Notes: a model not told the origin generated them from the sequence alone. A DNA stretch of 64,000 nucleotides from Eledone cirrhosa (GCA_964016885.1 OZ024764.1:20336001-20400000); one strand, 5' to 3'. Positions 48,169 to 61,715 are shown, counted from the stretch's first letter. Program-made: numbers and translations.

Positions 48169-50212
48169 GAGACATAACAAACTGAGGGTTCCCCAAGGTC
48201 CACATAGGTCACATGTGTTGTCTGAGGGTTGCACAGTGCAACTAATTATGTACACAACAACTAATTAAAGTCATTTAATAAAATATATTGCAGAAAGATT
48301 TGTTACTTAAATTTAGAAATATACAACGTACATACAAATGTTTTAGCAGCATTCATGAATACAAAGTAATGAAGTAGTTTGACAAAAAACTAAAATTTAA
48401 CATGTCAACATATACTTGCAGATTGTAACAGCAACAAATACATTGTACACAAATAACAACAGTTGAAAACTGAACATTTATTTGCTACTATTCAACCATT
48501 TTTAGTGTTTTGTCCTGAGGCTTGACACTTCTTTCTGTTGACAATGTTTGGTATATCTGGCTGAAATGTCTGTACAGTTCCAACTTTAATCAGAGATGAC
48601 AAGTGTTGATCTGTCAGCCTTGTTCTCTGAGAAGTTTTTGTTAAGCAAAGTACAGACTCAGTATGGGCAGTGATTTTCAGCTCTTTGCACATAAGAAAAT
48701 GAATTAAATTTTCATCTGACAACGGAGACTTCCATGAGCTAAGTTTTCTAATGAAGAACTTGATGTCATCATACAACTGAGTGATGGGTTTATTTTTACC
48801 TTGTAATTTCAAATTAAGATCAGTTAATTGTGCAGTAATATCCACAACAAAAGCCAGATGTTGGAGCCAACTTTCATCTTTTATCTCATCTGTGTTTTGA
48901 CCTTTCATCTCCAAAAACATAATTATTTCAACAAATAGAATCTTTTCAGCACTTTGTGACATGTCAACCAGCAGACTTCTGTGTAGAATGGAACATCGGT
49001 GAACTGATTATCCATATCTTCCAACAACTGGCTGAACTGACGGTGGTTGAGAGCACGGCCTCTGATTTAGTTCACTGTCTTTGTGACCAAGCTAAGCACA
49101 TGATGCAATTTTAAAATCTTTGAACATAAATTTTGCTGATGAATAATAGTGAAAATGTGCAAATGATGAATCTAGATATGAGTTTTCTATTTTTGTTTGT
49201 AACTTGGCAGCAACACCATTATGTCTACCAACCATATTTGCAGCACTGTCAGTAGATAAACATGCAAGTTTACTCAGATCAAAACCATGCAGACCCTGCT
49301 TGACCTTCTCAAAGATGTTCTGGCTTGTTATAGTGTCATGCTTGGGGACCAGTTCAATCAGTTCTTCATAAATATTAAATTCACTGTCACAGGCCTTGAT
49401 AAAGAATGCAAGCTGTACTGTTCCAGTGATGTCAACAGTCTCTTCAATAGCAATAGAAACATGTTCAAACCTTGATGATACAGCCTTTAACTGTTGTTTC
49501 AGATCACCTGACATTTCATTAATCTGTTCAGCAACAGTGTTCCTGGTTAATGAAATGTCTTTGAATAACTCTGCTTTCTCTGGACAATTTCAGCTGTTTT
49601 TACAAGACATTGCTTTACAAAATCTCCTTCACTGTAAGATTTCCCACTCATGGCAATCATTCGACTGAGTTCATAGCTTGCAGTAACGGAAGTGACATCC
49701 TCTTCCTGAATTAACATAAAACAGATCTGTTGCTGTGTCAAGTTAACCTTCAATTCCTTGAGTCTTGAAACACACATTGGGCCTTCATATTTATCGTAAG
49801 ATCGAGGGTTTGTTTCATGATGTCTTTTTGAATTGTACTCTTTTGGCCTAGCGATGTAGTTGTTGCAAATTAAACAGTGTATCTTTCTGTTCACCATTGG
49901 GCAAAAATACTGTAATTCCCACTTTTCTTGAAACACTTGCCCTTCTTCGTTCAATTTCCTTTTTCTCTTAGCTGGAGGAGCACTAACCATTTCAAAAACG
50001 AAATCTTTTGAAATTTTGAAAGAAAGTTTTCTGTTAATGAGCTGCACGTGATTAATGGCAGTTAAAAGTAGTTGACAAAATTTGCAAAAAAAAATAATTG
50101 TATCGAAAATGTTTTAAATTTTATATTACGAAAATGAAACATGCTCGCACTGTAAAAACCTTAGTGTGGGCCGCAGATTTGCTTGCCAAGGGCCGCATGT
50201 TTGACATGTCTG
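48169..50212 (-). mobile_element. Decayed Buster-type hAT, copy 3
   Basis: Paralog of 8687-10731; TSD ATGTAGGT/ATGTAAGT; left TIR GAGACATAACAAAC vs expected CAGACATGTCAAAC. Confidence 0.88.
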
Positions 50213-51023
50213 ATGTAAGTTACCAACACTAGGGAGGGCAGCATGTCCATCAGTGTCTTCTGCTACATTAACTACCAGGAGATCACCACATGACACAAAG
50301 ACTACATTTCAAAGAAGGGTTATAAAAGAACTAAATACGAAAGTACCCACAGCAACAAGCAAATAATTGAGCTTTGGGTCTAGGTCAAGGGGCAGAAGTG
50401 CTGCGCCCTGTGGATAAGACTGCAAAAGTATTCGCCCCGGGCGATGGACAGTGACACCCACTGCAACAGCCACCCCAACCTCATGGGACTCCCTCTTCAG
50501 AAGGGCCACCAACGTTCTGATCTTACAGAGGAGCTTGGCAGTACGGGGTCCAAGTACTTCTGAGGTCTCGATGGTGACCAGTGTGAAGAGACCTACAATT
50601 GATGTCATCCCAGTTATGTTGGACTGTAATATACTGGGGTATAGAGAGGCCTTAACCTGTCTCAGCCGGGCCACCCAGGGTTGTGTCATCTAGATACCAG
50701 ACAGGGGTGACTAGACCATGTTGTCAACTGTCAGCACCAATAGGAGTGAGGCGAGTGGGTCCCCTTGCTAGACACCATATATAAAACGTATTTGCTAATT
50801 ACTTTAGTGAATAATTTGTTTCATACGTAATTATTACTTTTAACACAATAGGATTTTGTACACGTGTTTGTTTGAAAACAGCTTTCAAAGAAGTATGAGA
50901 CAGTCTTTTGTAGTGTTTATTATAATAAATTACTGTATGTTGAGCTGTTTTAACTTCTCCACCTTCTATTATTTCATATTGTTTTTGTAAAAAAACGTTA
51001 TCTTTTTCATATATATATATGAA

Positions 51024-51230
51024 GGCGTGTGGCTGAGTGGTTAGAGAATTGTGAGGTTGTGAGTTCGATTCTCAGACTAGGCGATGCGTTATGTCCTTGA
51101 GCAAGACACTGCTCCTTCTACCTAGTGTTGCTCCTTCTACCTGGAGTTGCGACAGATAGATAGTATTAGCAATTGGAAAGACCAATGGAAACATTGTTTC
51201 CTCGGTCCGATTTGACGAAAAGTCGATCAT
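51024..51230 (+). mobile_element. tRNA-derived SINE
   Basis: Box A TGGCTGAGTGG, box B GAGTTCGATTC, core TGTCCTTGAGCAAGACACT; related copies at 11440-11527, 27430-27598, 62720-62850 and 63480-63603. Confidence 0.75.
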
Positions 51231-52002
51231 AAAAAATATACATAAATATATATATATAGAGAGAAACATACACTACTTTTTAACATGTAAGGGGAGACAA
51301 CTCTCGTTACATTCCCTCTTCTTTTTTTATATACGTTCTTCAAATACTTTGTTCAAAGGAATCTGTTTTATTTTGTCCTAAGTAGATTTCTGTTTAAGTA
51401 TTTACGTGATTCACAATGATTCACATAACCAAGTTCCTTACATAGAGATATATTTCACATAGAATCACAACAAATGAAAATATTAAGTCAACACTGTGTC
51501 AATCAGTCTCACATCACATGGGGTGCTGGAGTCTCCCTCTAATACTTTCTGAGACAGTCTTACCTCGAGTGATAGCAAGGCTAAGATGTTGGAACTACCA
51601 AACACCCTCATATGTATCACCTGACACCTCGGTAAGGAGAGCTGCCAACGATAACAAGAACCTCGTTGTCAGGGACTCCTCCAAACTTCTCCAACACCAC
51701 AGACTAGAATATTCTACTCTTTATTCCCTATCAAATATATTTCAGTCTAGTCATTTGTCTTGTATCTTGTATATGTATTTTCAAAACTAACTGTCACATT
51801 TGTGAGACCCCAGTTAGTGATGTTTTTCTCTCCCTCCCACATCCTACATGCTGTAGTAAAAGTGAGGGTCACTGCTTCTGTAGACGAACGAAATAAAAAG
51901 TTAAACTACCAGTAATTATCGGCAAAGTATTTATTCCAGTCTGTGATGTTTGAGAAGCTGGGCTGCTGACAACGAAGTCGTGGTCACTGTTGGCAGCTGG
52001 CT

Positions 52003-52259
52003 TTACCGAAGTACCCGATGCCTCTTGTGAGGGTACTTAGCTGTTTGGGTGGTTTAGCCTCCATGACATGATTTTACTGAGATACCCGGTGATCTCTGTC
52101 AGGGTACTTAGCTGTTCTGGCGGTTTAGCCTCCATATGACCCGATCTTACCGAGATACCCGGTGATCTCTGTCAGGGTACTTAGCTGTTCTGGCAACTTA
52201 GCCCCCATATGACCCGATTTACCGAAGTACCCGGTGATCTCTGTAAGAGTACTTAGCTG
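52003..52259. repeat. ~72-bp tandem repeat upstream of the promoter (about 3.5 copies; about 1.5 at 12318-12430 and 28432-28545)
   Basis: TTACCGAAGTACCCGGTGATCTCTGT... recurs at ~52003, 52074, 52147 and 52219. Confidence 0.8.
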
Positions 52260-52888
52260 GGCATAGGTTAAGTTTTACGTCCTCGAAAATGAAACTAGGT
52301 TTTCTGACAAGTGAATGTGTTTTTTGTTTTTTTTACAATGAAATTTACGATACACTCTTTGTTTATTTACAACAGGTCTCTATAGTGATATGGTGTTAAT
52401 TAGTATTGCGTGTGTGATTATTTTCTCTTATATATATATGTGTGGGTGTGTATATGTGTGTCTGTATGTATATATATGTGTTTGTATATATATATGTGTT
52501 TGTGTCATCATCATCGTTTACATGTTTTTACCCAAATCCCTTATCATCCTCTGTCCTTCCTATGACCCGGCCTTAATTTGTTTATAGTTGGTGCCAACTT
52601 TGGCAAGATATTACAAAAACATCTAAACGATGATGATGACACAAACTCATATATATATACAAACACACATATATATATACATACAGACACACATATACAC
52701 ACCCACACATATATATATAAGAAATAATAATCACACACGCAATACTAATTAACACCATATCACTATAGAGACCTGTTGTAAATAAACAAAGAGTGTATCG
52801 TAAATTTCATTGTAAAAAAAACAAAAAACACATTCACTTGTCAGAAAACCTAGTTTCATTTTCGAGGACGTAAAACTTAACCTATGCC
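52260..52888. mobile_element. 629-bp palindromic MITE (~270-bp arms, 85-bp spacer, 8-bp TSD CTTAGCTG), possibly Merlin-type
   Basis: GGCATAGGTTAAG...CTTAACCTATGCC; TSD at 52252-52259 and 52889-52896; single CTTAGCTG at the empty paralogous site ~28538. Confidence 0.9.
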
Positions 52889-52999
52889 CTTAGCTGTTCT
52901 ATTTTAATTACATTTACTGATTTCAACTTTCATTTTTTATTACAAACTTTACATAATTTAATTCCGTAAAAATATTTTACGTCACAAAAAAACATTGAA

Positions 53000-53109
53000 G
53001 CATGCGCAGTGGTGCAGTTGTCGACTTCCTGTCCACGTGTTAGTCTTCCTACAACAACATTTAGAAGACATTTCTGTAAATACTAAACACCTGAGACTAT
53101 AATGTAAGT
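53000..53109 (+). promoter_or_regulatory. Putative promoter and non-coding first exon of ZNF4
   Basis: Same NRF1/ETS/E-box cluster; donor GT at 53104. Confidence 0.6.
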
Positions 53110-53609
53110 ATTATGTCTATTAATATTGTAGATTTAAGCTCACTCGTCATATCACAAATATATATTTTCTTGTTTGTTTCATTACTGGAAATATAAAATG
53201 TTATCGTAATTATCTATATTTTACCTACCTCTAATTAATTAAAGTGAAAACTTTTGTTGTTGCTGAAAAATAAATTAACAAAACTAAATATTTAAATATT
53301 CTAAAGGTCGTTTTTATATTATGTGATGATATAATTAATATATTTTATTACAATTGTATAAATTTACAGTAGAATAACGTTGTAAATATGTTTTAAATAT
53401 ATACATAAATAACATAGGTGTGTAAATAACATTATAAATTGCTGGCAATTCCTTGAGAAAGACATTACAAATATATTGTCTAAACTGTGTATAATAATAT
53501 AATTTATTGAACAATAATGATAAAGGTAAGAAAAACACAGTGGGAGATGGCAATTCACCACCAGGTGTGATAATAGGCCACACCTCACACCTTAGGGGTT
53601 AACTACACA

Positions 53610-53921
53610 CTTTGAGGCAAGCCAACACACTGGCAGCATTACTAAGGTGTTGAAATAACCAGGTACCCTCACGGGTATCACCTGGTACCTCAGTAAGGTG
53701 AGGCTAAGGTGCTGAAATAACCAGGTACCCTCACGGGTATCACCTAACACCTCGGTAAGGTGAGGCTAAGGATCTGAAATAACCAGGTACACTCACGGGT
53801 ATCACCTGACACCTCGATAAGGTGAGGCTAAGGGGCTGAAATAACCAGGTACCCTCACGGGTATCACCTGACACCTTGGTAAGGTGAGTCTAAGGGGCTG
53901 AAATAACCAGGTACCCTCACG
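53610..53921 (-). repeat. 62-bp CRE-derived minisatellite, about 4.5 copies
   Basis: Same unit as 15648-15810. Confidence 0.88.
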
Positions 53922-54680
53922 GAAACGACTAGATTTGTAGAAAAAGTAGGGTAAAAGTATACGAAGAGATGTAGTTTCACAGATCTACTCACACCTCACG
54001 TTGGGTGGGAAATAATTATTTTTCTGAGATTTTTTTCTAGACCCCTTTTCAATATTTTCTCTGAACCCCTTAGATACTTGCAATAGACGTTTTATTCCCC
54101 AGTATTAGGGTTAGGGTTTCCATTTTCAGGAAGAAAAGTCGATTGCAAACATCTAAGCGGTCGAGAAATAAAATTAAGGAAAGATAATTATTTCCCAGCC
54201 AACTGGAGAAGTGTGTAGCTCTTCTAAATTCTGATAATCCTGTCTCCCACTTCTTTATCTACAAATCTAGTCGTTTCCTGCTACTTTGAAGGCCCTATTT
54301 ATTGATAACACCACTTGTAAATCTTTGTCAACTTTTCATACGTAAATTGTGAATCAGTTATTTTAAAACAAACTATCAAAGAAGTGATCTCACAGTAACT
54401 GTGTTTGATTCAATCAACTTATTCCCCCCAAACATTGTCGACCTTGTGTCTAAATCAGAAACTATTATAAGATCTTAAATCAACCTCGTAAAGATGAAGG
54501 GCAAAGCTAACCTCGGCGGGATTTCAACCCTTTATGTTATGAGTTCAAATCCCACCAAAGTTAACTTTGTCTTTCATTCTAAAGGAGTGGATAAATTAAA
54601 GTTCCAGTAATCTAATGGGGTCTGAGATATTAAGGTTTGAGTAGATTCTATCTTTTTGTGTGTTTGTATTTATAATCTTA

Positions 54681-54811
54681 CTAGAAACCCTGTGACCTGT
54701 TGGGTCACGTTCCCTTTAAAAATAATATTTAAATAATTAAAATGTACACAGACATGTATATAATGTAAAATGAAATTAGTAGGCCCATGTATATATATAT
54801 GCGTGTGTGTT

Positions 54812-54859
<48 letters not shown>

Positions 54860-55136
54860 CACACACGTCACTTGTTATAATTTTATAACTTTGTTCAACA
54901 GCACCACCAGCTATCTCTCTCACACACACCCATTATCTTTCTCTCTCTATTTATAAAGGTACCAGAAGAACCCCATATCTCGGGAACCTGTGCATTGATT
55001 TACGTGAAACTTATTTTATCCCATCTGTATTCCCATTTCAGGGTCAACTTCCTTTCAAACTATTTTCCCGTTATGCCCCGTTTTAGCTGTATTACATTAC
55101 AGACAAGACACAATCACAAAGTTTTAGGTTTATAAT
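54681..55136 (-). mobile_element. Non-autonomous Helitron (empty of the insertions seen at 30647)
   Basis: A|CTAG plus hairpin; reverse-complement homology to 6945-7365; 5' end degenerate. Confidence 0.65.
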
Positions 55137-55752
55137 GTTATAGTATCATGATAGGGTAATACAGTTATTTATAGACCTGTGGTAAATGTTGGTTCAGTCC
55201 ACCCTGGGGGGTGTTAGTGTTGGTTCAGTCCACTCTGGGGGGTGTAAGTGTTGGTTCATTCCACCCTGGGGGGTGTAAGTGTTGGTTCAGTCTACCCTGA
55301 GGGGTGTCAGTGTTGGTCAATGATAACCTTTATAACTAGAGGCCTGTTGGTGAGGACAAGCTGGAAGTGGTGACATCTTTCTGCTACCTGTGTGACATGT
55401 CAGCTGGAAGTGGAGCCAAGTTCACTGCCATCGTGCTGTGCCACTCCACAGGTAACAAGTTTAGGCAGCTTCTCCTAATCCTCAAGACATGCTGGCTACC
55501 ATTAGTCACCATGGGGCAGATTTATAACACCTGTGGGAGAAGTGTGTTTCATGCCAGCGAGACCTGGGCCATGTTATCTGACTGTCTGAATTGACTCTGA
55601 AGAAATGACAGAGCTATGATCCACTGGATGTGTAGTGTGACCATTGAGGATGATGTCAGCTCAACTGAGCTCCTAAAAAAACTGCTGATCGACAACCTCA
55701 AGGATGTGTTTCACAGGAAACACATGCACTGGTATGGCCATGTTGTGCATTC

Positions 55753-58375
55753 TCTCTCAACTCATCTATGCTTGGTCGTTGATGCACATTGACATTGCAC
55801 ATCCAACGGAGCATACTTGCTTCATTTCTCTCCAGCCATCGCATATCCTCCACAGTTGCTGTCCATGTCTCACTACCGTACAGCATCACACATCTCACGC
55901 AGGCATCACCAGCCATTCGTTCTTAGGGAGAAACCCTTCTTTGTCAACAGAGCAAGCAGCTCCCTAAACGTCTCCCAACCCGTCCTTATTCTATATACTA
56001 TGGCCTCTGAGCACCCTCCTCCCATGCTAATCTGATCACCTAGGTATCGGAAGCTATCAACCACCTCTGTAGATCCTTCCTGCACTTGAAAAATGTGTCT
56101 ATCAATGCGACTTCTACTGTCAAATTTCCCTGTACCTCTACTGCATATGTAGTTTTCCCTACCTGTTAGTTTGCCTGCTATCCCACTACATTTCTTGTGT
56201 ACCCAAAATCTGCATTGTGTACATTATAGAATTTATGCCAGTTCCTTTTCTACATATCGAACAAGGCCATTTCCCTGATGGAATGACAGTTTTGTCCTCT
56301 TTTCTACTCAACACATTTGTCTTAGCTAGGTTCACTCTCAGTCCTCTTGCTTCCAACTGCTGTTTCCATAGCCAGAATTTATGCTCTAGCTCCGCTACTG
56401 ATTCTGCTATAAGAACCACATCGTCAGCCTAGAGAAGTTCCCATGGGCAGCCAGTCTTAAACTCCTCTTTTATGGCTTGGAGGCCTATAATAAACAAGGG
56501 CGGGCTGAGGACCGACCCTGATGTACTCCTACTTGTATCTGGAATTCCTTATTAAACTCCATTCCTACCCTCACTTTACTGACACCACCTCTGTACATAG
56601 CTTGCATTGTCCTCACAAACTATTCCTCTACACCTAGTTTCCTTAGGGACCACCAGATGACAGATTGGGGTACTCTATCAAAGGCCTTTTCTAGGTGAAC
56701 AAAAGCTAAGTATAGTGGTTTATTCTTCTCTAAGAACCTCTCTAGTAGTTGTCTCACTAAGAAGAGGGGATCTGTTTGACCCTTTCTCTAAGTTGCGCTA
56801 GTATTCTTTCTGTCACTTTCATAACCTGATCCATCAGTTTTATACCCCTATAATTACTCCCCTCCAGAACATCCTCTTTACCTTTACCTCAATTTATGAG
56901 AATACTGCTGCACCAGTCTTTGGGTATGACACCACCATATATAGCTTGATTAATGATGCATGCAACCAGTTTACTTCCTACATCCCCTGATGCCTTCAGC
57001 ATCTCAGCAACTATCCCCAACAGTCCAGCAGACCTCCATTTTTCCTTTCCTTAATTACTCTTGGACCCTATAGTCGTCAATCTCAATAGCTGGTCCTTCT
57101 GTCGGGTCTACCTTCAGTAGACCCGACATTTCCAGGCCTCCCTTTTTTGATCATTCGTGACACTAAGTACATCGGCATCATCCCGGACACATTTATCTCC
57201 AACAACATCCTGATTTGCACTGACACACTGCCTTGCAATGTGGAACACTGCACGCCTCTGATCTTCCCGTCGCAGAACATTGGCAAACCTCCTACTCTCG
57301 GCCTCCCTGCGTGCTAAGTAGACCTGACATCTAGCTTCTCTCTTAGTGGCTGTGTATCGGTCTCTACCCCTACAATTTTTCCAAACATTCCATGCTAGTC
57401 TTTTGTCTCTAATGGCTCTATCTACCGTGCTGTTCCACCACCAGGTCACTCTCTGTCTGGTTGGAGCTCTGCTCCAGCCACAAGTTTTATGAGTAACCTG
57501 CAGTAAGTTGTCACGTAAGAAATTCCAGTTATCATCTATGTCATACGACGCTAAAACGTCTTCTTTTTCATCATACACATCTTGAAGGGCTTGCCTAAAT
57601 TTATATTTTAGTGAAAGGTCTTTTAGTTTCTAGACCTTCCTTTTTCACACCTTCTTGTATGTCTCTCTTTGTCTCTTGCTTACTGAGATGTCACTAACGA
57701 CTAACCTATGTTGGGGGGTTACATTGTTCCCTGTGGTATGCCTTAGTATTTGACACCATCTATCTGTCTTACTCCCTAACTAGCAAGAAGTCAATCTGTC
57801 TCATGTGCTCACCTGATTGGTAGGTTATTAGGTGGTTGGTAGGTTTCTTAAAGTGTTGCAAATGGTTAGTTCACTTGCATCACAAAATACAAGAAGCCTC
57901 ACTCCTTCTTCATTTCTTGAGCCATAACCATGACCTCCATGTACCCCAGTGTATCCATCCTGGAGCTGTCCAACATGACTATTGAAGTCCCCTGCTATTA
58001 TAACTAGATCTCTGTCCTCTGTCATTGTGGTTATCTCTACTTATTCCTTTTCTACATATGGAGCAGGGCCACTTTCCTGAAGGGGTCAGGGTCTTCTCTC
58101 CTATCCATTACCACTTTAGTTTTGGCTAAGTATATTCTCAGAACTTACCATTTCAAATTCTATATCTATAGCTGGTCATCTACATAGAGAAGTTTCCATA
58201 GACAGCCAGTCTTAAACCTCTCTGTTATGGCTTGGAGAACTATGATGAAAAACAGTGGGCTAAGAACTAAACCATGATGAACTCCTACCTGTACATTCAA
58301 TTCCTCACTAAACACACTTTACTGACAGCTTCTCACAAGCCATTCTTCTACACCTAATTTCCTTAACCCTTTAGT
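55753..58375 (-). mobile_element. Decayed long RTE LINE in the ZNF4 intron
   Basis: Paralog of 33835-36490. Confidence 0.88.
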
Positions 58376-58453
58376 ATATAAACTGGCCAGAGATAAAGCA
58401 TTTACTGTGAAAATATAATAGTAAATATAGAGTAATGTGAATACTAAAGGGTT

Positions 58454-59022
58454 AATCTAATGTCACTAATAACTACTTTTATCAGTCAGTATAATATAAT
58501 GTCACTAATAACTACTTTTATCAGTCAGTATAATATAATGTCACTAATAACTACTTTTATCAGTCAGTTTAATCTAATGTCACTAATAACTACTTTTATC
58601 AGTCAGTTTAATCTAATGTCACTAATAACTACTTTTATCAGTCAGTTTAATCTAATGTCACTAATAACTACTTTTATCAGTCAGTTTAATCTAATGTCAC
58701 TAATAACTACTTTTATCAGTCAGTTTAATCTAATGTCACTAATAATTACTTTTATCAGTCAGTTTAATCTAATGTCACTAATAACTACTTTTATCAGTCA
58801 GTTTAATCTAATGTCACTAATAACTACTTTTATCAGTCAGTTTAATCTAATGTCACTAATAACTACTTTTATCAGTCAGTTTAATCTAATGTCACTAATA
58901 ACTACTTTTATCAGTCAGTTTAATCTAATGTCACTAATAACTACTTTTATCAGTCAGTTTAATCTAATCTCACTAATAACTACTTTTATCAGTCAGTTTA
59001 ATCTACTGCCACTAATAACTAA
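58454..59022. repeat. 39-bp minisatellite, about 14.5 copies
   Basis: Same unit as 2727-3530. Confidence 0.96.
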
Positions 59023-59981
59023 CCTATGTTAGGCAGCACATTCTTCACTAAGGAAGGCCTTAGTATTTATTACAGTCCATTTATCAATATAGAAATATTA
59101 TATGAAATTTGTACTGATGTATTACAAGTTTCTGAGTATCTTATAATGTTCTTTTATTATTTCAGAATACCAGATGACATTGGCATTAAAGAGCACGTTA
59201 CATCAGACATATCCTCAACATTAACCATTTCCAATGAAAGACACTACCCATCATTTTCAAATAATTTTGAAAACACTCCACACTTTGAAGGGATTTAGTA
59301 ATATAACTAAATTTCTCAGTATTAAGCTGCTATTTGGAACATAACTTTGCACAATTTCATGAAGTTATAATGGAAAGTTTTTAGATAAATATAAAGACTG
59401 ATATGAAAAGGATAAAACACTTTTATATCAGTTGTTTCATCAACACCATTTTTTAAAGACTAAAGGAAGCTGTTATACAGAACAGATACAACCTTGTTTA
59501 TATAAATCTATGGGAGAAATACTGGGAAATATTTCTTGTAAACTCAATAACACTTCTATTCTTTGCTGTCTGGAATATGTAGAAGATACAAAATAAAGCT
59601 GAAGAAATTTACACATGATTTTGTAAGATCTTCATATATTGATAAAGATGATTGTAGATGGAACTACAGGAGTAGAAATATTTCCATTATTACAGGAATA
59701 ACTAATCAAATGAAGACCAGAAAAATTAGATTCTTCACTGTCTGGAATATGTACAAGATGATTTTATATGTATATTAAACTTGAAGAGATCTACAAAACA
59801 GTTTGTATCATCTTTAAATATAAAGAAAGACCAAAGTTGATGGAAATATATCTGGAGGAATATGTTTTAGGAATAATATTATAAACATAAAGAAGAAAAA
59901 TATCCATATATTGACAGGAGAAAAATATTAAAACTGAATTATGTGAGAAACTGAGGTAATTGATATCTTTTAGTAGGAGAT

Positions 59982-60884
59982 ATGTCGAAAAATATAGTAA
60001 AATCACCATTCCACTGTGATATCTGTGGTAAATCATTCAATAAACGTAGTACCTTAACTACTCACAAAGTTATACATACAGGAGACAAGCCATATCACTG
60101 TGATATCTGTGGTAAAACATTCCCTCGAAGTGATGCGTTAACTAGCCACAAACGTACCCATACAGGAGAGAAGCCATATCACTGTGATATCTGTGGTAAA
60201 TCATTCTCTCAAAGTAGTACCTTAACTGGACACAAACGTACCCATACAAGAGACAAGCCATATCACTGTGATATCTGTGGTATATCATTCTCTGTAAGTG
60301 GTACCTTAACTACCCACAAACGAATACATACAGGAGACAAGCCATATCACTGTGATATCTGTGGTAGAACATTCCCTCAAAGTGATGCATTAACTAGCCA
60401 CAAACATACCCATACAGGAGACAAGCCATATCACTGTGATATCTGTGGTAAATCATTCTCTCAAAGTAGTACCTTAACTAAACACAAACGTACCCATACA
60501 AGAGACAAGCCATATCACTGTGATATCTGTGGTATATCATTCTCTGTAAGTGGTACCTTAACTAAACACAAACGTATACATACAGGAGACAAGCCATATC
60601 ACTGTGATATCTGTGGTAAATCATTCTCTCTAAGTAGTACCTTAACTAGCCACAAACTTACCCATACAGGAGACAAGCCATACCACTGTGATATCTGTGG
60701 TAAATCATTCTCTCAAAGTAGTAACTTAACTCGCCACAAACGTACCCATATAGGAGAGAAGCCATATCACTGTGATATCTGTGGTATATCATTCTCTGGG
60801 AAAAGTAGCCTAACTAGTCACAACCATTTACATACAGGTGACAAGCCATACCACTGTGATCATCATCATCATCATCAGGTTTAG
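59982..60884 (+). CDS. Tandem C2H2 zinc-finger protein ZNF4, 10 intact fingers, truncated by an RTE insertion
   Basis: 300 aa = 10 + 10x28 + [10 protein letters not shown]; mostly TGDKP/TRDKP linkers; fingers 2-4 duplicated as 5-7. Confidence 0.88.
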   Translation: MSKNIVKSPFHCDICGKSFNKRSTLTTHKVIHTGDKPYHCDICGKTFPRSDALTSHKRTHTGEKPYHCDICGKSFSQSSTLTGHKRTHTRDKPYHCDICGISFSVSGTLTTHKRIHTGDKPYHCDICGRTFPQSDALTSHKHTHTGDKPYHCDICGKSFSQSSTLTKHKRTHTRDKPYHCDICGISFSVSGTLTKHKRIHTGDKPYHCDICGKSFSLSSTLTSHKLTHTGDKPYHCDICGKSFSQSSNLTRHKRTHIGEKPYHCDICGISFSGKSSLTSHNHLHTGDKPYHCDHHHHHQV

Positions 60885-61156
60885 CGTCCGTGTTCCACGC
60901 TTGCATGGGTTTGGATGGGGGTTTTCCCACTTGAGGCAAGAGTGGTTGTCTTGCTCGCATAGGACTGTCTGGCGGGTTTTCTACAGTTGGATGCCCTTCC
61001 TAACACCAACCACATTTACAGTGTGGGGCTGGGAGGTTTTTACCGTGTTGCCTACACGGCTACATTTACAGCGTGGACTGTGTGTTTTTTTGTTGTGACA
61101 CCTACACGATCTCATTTGTTTCGGCCTGGATGTTGTGGGACCAACATAACTTTACA
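60861..61156 (-). mobile_element. 5'-truncated RTE 3'-UTR insertion with TSD TGTGAT
   Basis: Reverse complement of ~45557-45848; TGTGAT at 60855-60860 and 61157-61162. Confidence 0.92.
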
Positions 61157-61530
61157 TGTGATATCTGTGGTAAATCATTCTCTGTAAATAGTACCATAAC
61201 TAGACACAAACTTATATACAGGAGACAAGCCATACCACTGTGACATCTGTGGTAAATCATTCTCTCAAAGTAGTCACTTAACTTCCCAAAAACTTATACA
61301 TACAGGAGACAAGCCATTTCAATGTGATATCTGTAGTAAATCATTCTCTAATAGTAGTACCCTAACTAGACACAAACGTTCCCATAGAGGAGAAAAGCCA
61401 TACCACTGTGATATCTGTGGTAAATCATTCTCTCGAAGTGGTACCTTAACTAGCCACAAACGTACCCATACAGGAGACAAGCCATATCATACATGTTTGG
61501 AAAATATATCTTTTAATGCAGCAATTTAAC
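61157..61530 (+). pseudogene. Orphaned distal fingers of ZNF4 (about 4)
   Basis: Finger frame resumes after the TSD; 2-bp deletion at ~61215 and His->Gln at ~61286. Confidence 0.85.
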
Positions 61531-61558
61531 TTAATATATGCATAGATGTGGGAAACCA

Positions 61559-61715
61559 TATCATCATCATCATCATCATCATTTTACGACCGCCTTTTCC
61601 TGCTTTCAAGGGTGGGATGGGTCCTATTCAGCAACGCATCTCTCCACATGTCGCGGTCCTTCATCATCTCCACCGTGAGCTTCAAACGTCTGCTCTCGCC
61701 ACCTCCACCCATGTA
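61559..61715 (-). mobile_element. Short (GAT)n-tailed RTE-type 3' fragment
   Basis: (CAT)7 TTTACGACCGC..., similar to 62511-62570. Confidence 0.6.

Noticed and set aside
51024-51075. tRNA gene
   Set aside because: Box A/B run into a repeated SINE body; no complete cloverleaf.
52390-52738. Two opposite-strand ORFs rich in C/V/Y/I
   Set aside because: Microsatellite translation mirrored by the MITE arms.
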